Of a stretch of DNA of 64,000 bases, positions 54,540 through 64,000 are shown piece after piece; position 1 is the stretch's first letter, and each line of letters begins with the position of its first letter. Both the position numbers and the translations under genes were made by a program. This DNA comes from Utricularia gibba (Eukaryota; Plantae; Magnoliophyta): positions 3,534,001 through 3,598,000 of the forward strand of contig CM007989.1 of NCBI GenBank assembly GCA_002189035.1, written 5' to 3'. The notes below the pieces were generated by a model. It searched no databases. It was not told where the DNA came from and saw only the letters and a program-made list of their open reading frames with translations.

Positions 54540-57500
54540 ATGGTACTTCATAGGTGCCTTTCCCTTCTCTCCAAGCTGCGATCACGTGCTGTAACTCTTG
54601 TATGGTAGTTGGGAGCGTAGATTACCAATCATATTTAAAGAGTGACAGAATCTAAATGAAATTTATTCAATTAATTTGAAGTTTAAGGATCCGCAGTGTC
54701 TGTTTTTTTGGTTATCGGTGAAGAAAGCCCTGAAATGTTCTTTTTTTGGCGTTTAATAGGTCCAGCACCCAGGTCTATATAGTTCTATTCGGGGGCTTCA
54801 TCTCAGCCTTCCACCGATGTTGTAAGCTCTGATTATGCATGTTCTAGGCTTCTTCAGATTATTACAAAGTTGTTTCAAAATGCTCTATTTTTAGTGTTGA
54901 CTGTTCATCCCCAACTGAAAGAACTGATTCCAGAACAGCAGGTATTCTCAAGGCTAGAAAAAACGTGAACTTGTGCATCTCGGCTATCCAATTAGATAAC
55001 TGTGGAACAGCATCGACACAAGTATACTAAATGTGGTTTTACTTCATGAGCGCCTAAAGAGAATCAAGGCTGAATATGGTAAAGTTCAACTTGGGAATAT
55101 CACAGTAGATATGGTATGGTTAATGCATTTTAAAATGGATTTTAAAAATTCCTTTGGTTTTAGATGCTATGCTTGGTAGCAACGCATTCCATTACCCAAA
55201 ACTGACCTTAGGCATTTTGAAAAAGGTTATTGGTGGAATGAGAGGAATGACAAGCTTATTATGGAAAACATCATGGCTTAATCCCGAAGAGATAGAAAAT
55301 CTAGCATCAAAATTAGGTTCCAAGTCATTATAGCTGTTATGTATGACGTGAAGTTTCAACTTTCTTCTTTTTTTCATGAAATATTGAGGTTTTTTTAATT
55401 GTACATGGGGAATTCGCTTCAGGGGTTTATCCATTCCAGAATGCCAGAAGCTGTTGCCTTCAGCTATTCCTGGAGGAGAACCTTTACCTGAAGGTCTTCT
55501 GTGGCTTCTTTTGACTGGAAAAGTAGGTCATAAATGGTACTTGCTGGTATACTTTTCATCTCAATTTTGCTCTTGTTTTTTGATGTAGCACTGATACTTT
55601 TTTTTTTACCCAAATTATCTTTTCCTTTTACCTCGCTTGTTTAGGTCCCAACAAAAGAAAAACTTTATTCATTATCCAAGGAGTTGAAAAGTCGAGCTGC
55701 AGTTCCAGGTCCGTGTTGTGTATCATTTTTAGTGTGTGAGAATTTCCGATTTCTAAATACTTATTTGCTTATTCAGAAGCCTCATTTCTTCATGTTCCAG
55801 ATCTTGTTTATAAAACTATTGATGCTTTACCTGTTACTGCTCATCCAATGACTCAGATTGCCACTGGAGTGATGGCCCTTCAGGTAGATAAATGGAGTCA
55901 TTACATGTGTAATCATGCATTTGGTATTGCTTCCTTGGATACATGAAAATTCCTTGTCATGTATTTGAGATTCTTGAACTTGGAAAACAAGTCTTTTAAA
56001 AATTGTGTCAGCGTTCCCTTTTTACCATTAGCTGTTACTGTTAGAATAGTCCCATGTATTTACAATGCATTATTTAATCTTTATCTATTTATTATGCTAA
56101 CCAAGCATCTCTATAAGGCTGGGCACTCCCTATTCTTATTTTAATTTCAACTATAAAAAATGGAAGCAAACATGGTTAATGTTTTCTTTTTTTTTCTGTA
56201 GATCCAAAGTGAGTTCCAGAAGGCATATGAGAAGGGAATCCACAAGTCGAAATAGGTTTTTTATGAAGAAATTCGAAAGGCCTCTTTTATGGGTAAACAA
56301 GCATTATTTGCAGGTACTGGGAACCTGCACACGAGGACTCCCTTTATGTAACAATACATGCGTATGTCGTTCAGTTGATGCCTATTTTGCCTAATAATAA
56401 TTCCTCCGAGTGATAAAATTTTAGAGTTTTCCATGTTTTTCATGCATGCTGCAGCAATCATGAAGGTGGAAATGTTAGTGCCCTCACCGGTCATCTGGCA
56501 ATGTGTTTATTTAGAACACTCGTGTATCTATTTTATTGCTGATACGCTCCAAAATTTATTAGACCTGTGTCTTGGATTGTATTGATAATAAAATGCTGAT
56601 TGCAGGGCGCCAGTGCACTTTCTGATCCATATCTATCTTTTGCTGCTGCGTTAAATGTTTTGGCCAGTCCTCTTCATGGTTTGGCTAATCAGGTGCCGAA
56701 TGGTCTTTTCAAAATATGCTTTAGCATCTGTGTAGGCATTTGAATTAAAATAGCTGTAAATCATCTTTGTGATGGCTAGTCAGGTGCCTTCGTGTTACTC
56801 TGGATCAAATCTGTTGTTCAAGAATGTGGTGAAAATGCCAGCAAAGAGAACTTAAAAGATTTTGGAAAACGCTGAACAGTGGCAGGGTGAAGTTGTTACC
56901 TCGTTTACTGTCTGTGGTGTCCATATCAACATGCATTGTTCTCACGATCTCTCTGTACTGTTGTATGGTGACACCTTAGTCATGGTGTTCTGCGTAAGAC
57001 CGACCCAAGATACACATGCCAAAAAGAATTTGCTCTGAAGCACTTACCTGATGATCCAATGTTCAAAATTTTCAGTAATTGTAGTTTAGTAGTCCCCTTG
57101 TCGCTTCGAAGTAGCACACAATTTTTAATTTAAACCGTCTTCTGGGTTTTTAATTTCTACAGGTTTCAAATCTCTACGTGGTGGTGCCCAAATACTCTTG
57201 GAACTTGGAAAGATATTTACCTATGAGATTCACTTAAATTAGGTACCTCCGCCAATAGATTCACCGTTGTCATGTGTCAGAGTTGAAGCTCTCAATCAAC
57301 TCTAAACGCACCCTTGTTGATCTCGTATCTGAACTGCATTGTTGCTGGGGTTGAAATTCACAGGTGAAAAATCCATGGCCAAATGTCGATGCCCACAGTG
57401 GTGTATTGCTCAGTCATTATGGTTTAACGGAAGCCAGGTATTGGATTTGTATTCTACATCTACATATCTCAAATGGTGGCATTTCCCTGACTGACAGTAT

Positions 57501-57747
57501 GTTCCTCCTCCTTACTTTCTTAATAGATATTACATTGTTCTTTTTGGCGTCTCAAGAGCAATTGGAATATGTTCGCAGGTTTCTTCCATGTCTTCTTCAA
57601 GCCGTTTCTCCTATTCCATGTCTTTCTTTTGGCTTCTCCCTCATGTTGCTTTCATATATTTTTCCCTTAGCTGATATGGGACCGAGCGCTTGGAATACCA
57701 CTGGAGAGCCCCAAGAGTGTTAAATGGAATGGTTAGAAAACCACTGA
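54540..57747 (+). pseudogene. CSY4: Mitochondrial citrate synthase (CSY4-like) pseudogene
   Basis: Recognisable exons ([61 protein letters not shown]). Lesions: three GT>AT donor mutations, a lost acceptor, an internal deletion joining EDSL to LYVTIH, a frameshift at ~56862 and substitutions at conserved residues. Confidence 0.8.
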
Positions 57748-57878
57748 GTTCCTTCTTTCAGGTACAGCCTTTTATTCGTCAATAAGCATTCGCTAGTGAA
57801 GCCTCTCATTCCCAGTGAAAGAACGAGACAGTACCATTGAAAAATGATGAGCCAGTTTTGTTGCATTATGCAGAGCAA

Positions 57879-57995
57879 TGATAGCACTACTTGATCATAT
57901 ACAACAGTCATTTACATTATCATTATGTTACTGAGCTACTAGGATTGATAGCACTACTTGATCACATCCAACAGTTATTTACATTATCATTATGT
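57879..57995 (+). repeat. 50-bp tandem duplication (57879-57928 and 57946-57995)
   Basis: 47/50 identical by manual alignment. Confidence 0.9.
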
Positions 57996-58707
57996 CTGAA
58001 ATCAATGCTTTGTTTCTTCACGGTCATCCTTCTGGATTATCTTTTCATGAGATCCAATTGCCTTGATGATTACACATCCACAGTCCACTCACACACAAGA
58101 TCTCTCCACCCTCATCTTGCAACCATGAACCATAAATTTTCCATCTCTTCCAATTCCTGTGGTTATTTTTCAGCCTGATGAAGTCCAAATTCATCTTCAC
58201 AGAAAGCATAGTTTTTTTATTTCCTGTGGCCCTGAAACAATGTTTCCTACTGCTTTTTCCTCTGTTTCATTTACTGACAGGTTCAAATCTCATGGATGGG
58301 GAAGGGAGGACCCCCTGAGCCGAGCCATACATAAGAGCAGTTTTTGGTGGCTTGAGAAATGAGGCCCTAAAGTCCACTGTCCTCCCCTGTCTCCATGAAG
58401 CTCAACATCTGGACCACTTGTACGGCCCCATACCTTTACTGTAGTAAGAAAACAGCATTTTCAAACCAGTCATTTTGGATTCCCCTCTTGGCACCATTAT
58501 TTACCGTTAGGCTAATTATCCATCCGTACGTGAGTCAATTATCAGGTTGGATTTTGATTGTTTGGCGTGGAGAGAACAAGCCTTGGTGTGATGAAGCTTA
58601 TTATTGTTAATTATTATTTTCTTTTTTTTACTGTGTGGGGTTTTATGGCAAGGTGAATTATTGTGCGTCATAATTTGGGAATTCACTTGTCCCCATTTCC
58701 ATTGCAC

Positions 58708-58720
58708 ATCAATCATTGAT
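58708..58720. promoter_or_regulatory. HD-Zip II binding-site consensus CAATCATTG upstream of HAT14-like
   Basis: ATCAATCATTGAT pseudo-palindrome about 600 bp 5' of the ATG. Confidence 0.5.
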
Positions 58721-59320
58721 TGGGGATTTGTCTCTTTCACACTTTCTCCAGGTCACGAAATTACATATCTACCCCCTCCCCCCAAACCCTAATTCATCAT
58801 CCAGTAAATTAAAAAATTCCACATTCAGTAAAAAAAAATATTATTATTATTTCTTCTTAATTACAAGAAGATGCTCCCGTGCTCCTACCCACCGGGACAC
58901 GTCATTTTCTAGATAAACATGCCTAACGAAGTTATCATATTATATTCCTTTTGCCCATCTTTTTTTGTAATAAAATAATATTTATGTAGTAATTTAGATT
59001 CTTTGGATTATTTTAAGTCGAAAATGTGTTTTTTTTTCTTTTTGAAAAAAAATGAAAAAGGCGAGGCGGGTAGGTGTACTAAATAGGATCCTATGAAAAA
59101 GGGGTGTGATTAAAGGGCTCGTCAAAATGATTACGTGGGTCAAACCCTAAATCCCCAATTTTGCGAGCATCATCAGCGACCCCAACAGCGGATCGAATCA
59201 TAACCTTGACTCTTCGATTCTTGTCTATAAATTATTCATTTACCTGCATTGTCTTTTTCACCTCCCTCCTTGTTGTTGTTCCCTTGTCTCCGGGGTTGAC
59301 GAGTTCGCCGCCCGCTGTTG

Positions 59321-60380
59321 ATGGAGCTTGATCTGAGCTTGGGAGGAGACGTTTTGGCTTCTCGGAAGAATAAGCCCGCGACCCAGAAAGCAGATTTTTT
59401 TGGGATTTATTTTCTGAAGGATGATAATGATGGCGGCACTTCGGAGGACGACGGAGCCGGCGAGGGTCCACTGCAGCTGAGTCTTCTTCCTCTTGGTCCC
59501 CCGAATTCTTGTGAAAATGGTGAGGGATTGGTGGTTTTGTGTTGTGTATACACCTGAGTGACAATTTGGAGTGTTTTTTTTAAAGGGAGTTCGGAAAATG
59601 GGTCGTCGGGAAACCGGCCGCCGCAAGAGGATGCTCTGTCGGGGAACAGCGTGGGCTCCTCCTTGCAAATGGATTTCGGGCTACTGAAACCCACCGGAAA
59701 TGAAAATGCTCAGGTGGGTAGCGGCGGGGGCGCTGCGGCGGAGAGAGGTAGCGACGATGAGGACAACGCTGTGAACACAAGAAAAAAGCTCCGATTATCT
59801 AAAGAACAGAGTGCTTTTCTCGAAGACAGCTTCAAAGAACACAGCACACTTAATCCCGTAAGTTCCCCCCGATTTATTTCATCAAAGAGCCTCGACTTTT
59901 ACAGGTGTTAACGAATTCTCCACAGAAACAAAAGATGGCGCTCGCGAAGCAGCTCAATCTCCGTCCCCGGCAAGTCGAAGTCTGGTTTCAGAACAGACGA
60001 GCAAGGTACTACTACTAGCAAAAAGATACGATTTTGAGAACCACCCAGAAAGAAAAAGAAGTCCTTGTTTTAATGGTGTTAGGACGAAGCTAAAGCAAAC
60101 GGAAGTGGACTGCGAGTATCTGAAGCGGTGCTGCGACGCGCTGACGGAGGAGAACCGGCGGCTGCAGAAAGAGGTGCGAGAGCTGAAGGCGCTGAAATCA
60201 GCGGCCCCATTCTACATGCAGGTCCCGGCGACGACGTTGACGATGTGCCCCTCTTGCGAGCGCGTAACGGGAAGCGCCGCCCCTCCGGGAGACGGTAAAT
60301 TATCGTCGTCGACGACAAGACCAAGATTTTTCCCGTTTCAGCAGCCTCCGAGCCATCCACATCAACCTGCCGCGTCATGA
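59321..60380 (+). CDS. HAT14: Homeodomain-leucine zipper class II transcription factor, HAT14-like, 4 exons
   Basis: [11 protein letters not shown]-like motif, [34 protein letters not shown]|KQK...[12 protein letters not shown]|[22 protein letters not shown] motif. Confidence 0.93.
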
Positions 60381-61405
60381 ACATCATCATCACATCGTGG
60401 AGAAAATCAGAATTTCCCCAGCATTGTCCCTCTCTCAGTCTCTCCCCCCCCTTTTCTCCCCGTTGTGGTCCTTCCCCAGCCCTATAACCGTAAATACACA
60501 AACCTTTTCTTTCCTTGGCCTCCAAACACAACAACAACACACATTTTCGTCATCCCCATTCTCCATCCAACAACACAGAGCTGCAGTTCCATGGTAAATG
60601 TTCAGAAATTACCCTCATAACTTAGTTAAAAAAACACACACGCAAGTCCTCATTCATTGAGAGGGATGGGGGGGGGATGGTTGGTTTGTCCGGAGGCCAG
60701 GTGTATAATGTTGCGGGCACTGGCAGGAAGGAATCCTGGCTAGGGACCGGTGCGCAGCCTTGTTGTGCGTCTGCTGCTAATGAATCCAATCCAATAATGC
60801 TGCTGCATCATTGGCGACTCATGTTGGAGAAATAAAACCGCATCATGATGCGGGGTTGCTACTGCTGCGTGTGTGTGTGTGTGTGTCTCCACCCCCATCT
60901 GCTATCATTTGCATTGAATACTCCAGAGCAGGGCAGGCCTCTCGGAATGGAACCCTTTATTGATCGCATTCGTCACCACCAACAACTAACTTCCTTCCTA
61001 CCGAAGGTGTGTGCTTAAGGATCATTTAGATGCATTCTTTGATAGTGTGAAAGGCCGGGTATGAGCGGGGTGGGGCCATTTAATGTGCGGTCGTGTCATC
61101 ACACATTTATGTTTAATATTTAATTATAGCCCAATATGTCTGTTAAAGCCAGGGCTACCGAACCGAACCGAACCCGGCATTATTAATTCTCTGGGCCCCA
61201 CCACAATTCTCATACTTTTGAATTTAATTCTATAATTTCCTGACACGTGGCACATAAAAAAAAAAAAAAAAGAGGGACCGGGCACGAGGTACATGGCATG
61301 GGACTTGCTAGCATCATTCGCCATGCTCCCTTTTCACCACATGCTCTCTCTCACCTGCCAATAGCCACCATTTCATTTCTAAAGGGGCAACCGGGCTACG
61401 CCACA

Positions 61406-61435
61406 GACACGGACACGGACACGGACACGGACACG
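61406..61435. repeat. (GGACAC)n hexamer repeat, about 5 units
   Basis: Direct reading; an (ACCGA)3 run lies nearby at ~61157-61172. Confidence 0.85.
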
Positions 61436-61844
61436 CGTGTAATTGTGCTGTGTCCTGGGAGAAACACGAGTGCGGCGGCCTCCCCCAGTGGGTTGGTTGC
61501 CTGGAGTAACAGTCACTTAATAATCATTGTTGAATGGAAATGATTCGTTGGGTAAGCCCTCTCATTCCTAACATTAACATGTGGTTAACTTATGGTGTAT
61601 GCTTACACAGTAACTCGGCAACATCATCATAATCATCAACTGCATACCTGACTGACAAAGGAGTAGGGAAGCGCATGTACACGAGGGCTAGGGACTTGCG
61701 CCGAGGAGCCCAGAGCTTCATTGTGGAATGATACAACAGAAGCCCACACGGATGATTTTATGGGGTGACGTAGAAAGGGCATGCTCTGTATGCAACTCCT
61801 TCCTGTAAATACTGAGTCCTCAATTGTTATCATCATTTGTCTTC

Positions 61845-64000
61845 TCATCCATTGTCCAAGGTTTGCGCTTGTGTAGAGTGGCGGCCACTATCTTCCAGCA
61901 GATGTAAGAGGTGGTCAGTAGTAGAATGCTAATTGCCTGTATAACCAAAACCGAACAAAGTTTGATATCAGATGGGAACAGCAAACAAAAGTGGGTAGTC
62001 TTTTCAATTGAATACTGAGCTACAGTTCAACACCGAAAAAAAAAAAAAAAAATGGAAGTGGAGGACCTTACCGCATTCACCTTCACATAAGTCTGTCAGC
62101 CTTGCGATGGCTTTGGTGAGACCTTGTTCATGCTCCTGTGTATCAAAGTTTTACAGTTATTTTACTTTCCAAAACAGCGTTCAGTATAAGTTTAAGATGA
62201 TGTTCTGACCTTCAGCACCAACTTAGCCTTCTCCATCTCCGCAGGATCCGGATGGTTAGCGCTAAATACCATCTCAATCTGCCACCACCAAAGAATAACA
62301 GATACAGAAGACACATAGAATGCGCATACATGAAAACTAGCATCGTACCTCCTTTATCAGAGTTTCCGTGTGAAGCAGTCGGATGTCGTCAAGACCACTC
62401 TTCCCCGTGCCATTTTGGGATGGTGGGAAATCCTTTCTTGATTGACACTTAGCCATTCCTATCCCCTTTCCAACACCCAAGCAACGATCTCGCCCAAGCT
62501 GTCTATTTGTGCCAAGCTCCGTGCCACCATAACCCTTGAGATGAGAAATTTCAGGGTCTTCACCTTCCCATTGCAAGTCATTGGGAGAAATCTGCAAGGC
62601 ATTAACATAGAAGAAAGGATTTGAAAAGGAATACCTAAAAAAAGTGCATGCTATTTAAAAAATGACTAATAAAATTTAATAGAACAGAGCATGCATTTTT
62701 TTTTTTTTTTTTATGGATACCGTGCATATGCATTGGTGATATTAACTTTCCACTCTCCATTAGAAAGATCATAATGAAAATAATTACCTCAGAAAGATTG
62801 ACCCATTCCCAAGTTTCATTAGCAGTACCGACATCATAGACAAGGAAGTGTCTACCCTGGAAAAGCATCAACATGATTTAGGTGCCAAGTTAATAAACAG
62901 AAGTTTCATAGTCGTGGAAGATAATGTTTACCTCAACAGGATTGTAATCTGTAATCATAGCTTCATAAAAATTATTATCATCAGGCCACCTCGTCCTCAC
63001 TTTCCGACCAATCAATGGGTCAATTGGAGCTCCTTCTACGGGTTCCTTGCCAAAGCCTCTAGAAGGAATACCCTGACCTAACTTACCCCTTCCAGGTGGG
63101 CCACCAGGGTACTGCATCTTTACAGATGACGGCCCTAGAGGCATCTTCACAACAATTAAGCAAAGAAGCAGAAGTCATTTAGCAGGTGAATGGGAGCATC
63201 ATAACTAATAGCAAAACATCACTCACTGATTTCTGCCTCTTCATTTTTGCACCCAAGGGTCTACGCTTCCCCGCTGATAAGGTTGGTTGATTTGGTGTAG
63301 CCGTCGTCTGTGGGTGGAAAGAAGGAGATGGGGGACCAAAGGATTGAGAAGGCAAAGATGAAGCTGCTTTCTGTTTCTTACGAGAAGCTGGGATGGAAGG
63401 GCTAGGCAATGGCTCGTGGACATTTTGACTCACACCATGCAATCCTTGTTGAAGTCCAGCAGATTGTCTCCACTCCCTGAACAGTGTAGCCAAGGGTAAA
63501 CATAAAATATTGGTCTTAGAAAATTTTAGGAACCCACGGAATAGAAAATGCATTCTTCTTCTTCTCAAAACCTTATACGTCGAATTGTTTCATCAGCATT
63601 CACCCTGGCAAGAAGTTCTCTGTGTTCTTCATTCGATAATCTCAACTCTCTTCTAAGCTCAGTTATCAAATCTTCCTTCTCCTGGAGATGATATGCGCCG
63701 TTATCGATGACCATAATCACACAAACTACGCACTCTCTCAACGGACAAAGAAGTACCCATGAAATTGCATCTGCTTGAGCTTTAAATGCTCTTAAAACAG
63801 AACTATACGCTTCTTGCTCAAGTTGATGAATTCTGGATTCCATACTGGTCTCCTCGAGCATCCTTGGTTGCATCACTGATCCCACGGCTGCAGACCTTCC
63901 ATTCCTGGAGATTCGGCCGCCTCTTGGCATTCTATTCTGAAGTGGTGGGGGCAAATCATCATCAGTTCCTGAAACAACATCCAATAGAAACCAAAGGAAC
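61845..64000 (-). CDS. EML: EMSY-like (ENT plus plant Agenet/Tudor) protein, multi-exon, 5' end beyond the window
   Basis: [33 protein letters not shown]|[24 protein letters not shown] (ENT domain), [43 protein letters not shown]|EHEQ. Confidence 0.93.

Noticed and set aside
58270-58365. Exon-like segment after an AG acceptor downstream of citrate synthase
   Set aside because: All frames are short and match nothing I recognise.
61130-61440. hAT-like MITE suggested by CAGGGCT-(ACCGA)3 and (GGACAC)n
   Set aside because: No paired TIRs or 8-bp TSD could be defined; kept only as simple repeats.

Overview
This is a gene-dense eudicot nuclear window with no prokaryotic features, CRISPR arrays, rRNA or tRNA. 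It holds about 20 loci in 64 kb, mostly with short 70-150 nt introns and AT-rich spacers carrying MITE remnants. The density suggests a compact genome, but the species cannot be identified from the sequence. Gene order: At3g03560-like (partial), AHL, PUB22/23-like, STK16-like kinase, two tandem DAD1-like lipases, organellar GlyRS, BTB-NPH3, EF-hand protein, GPRP, SWIB, SIG2, plastid RPL3, RPS2-UGPase fusion, SOSEKI1-like, small membrane protein, EF-hand protein, citrate synthase pseudogene, HAT14-like, EMSY-like (partial). The most interesting feature is an ~18-exon gene in which mitochondrial ribosomal protein S2 is spliced in frame to a UDP-glucose pyrophosphorylase (UGPase)-like module whose catalytic motifs are destroyed. 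Also notable are the decaying citrate synthase, an extra intron in one DAD1 copy and short local sequence duplications at splice junctions. About nine -1 frameshifts in short homopolymers inside conserved genes are most likely assembly errors. All homology calls come from remembered protein families, not database searches.
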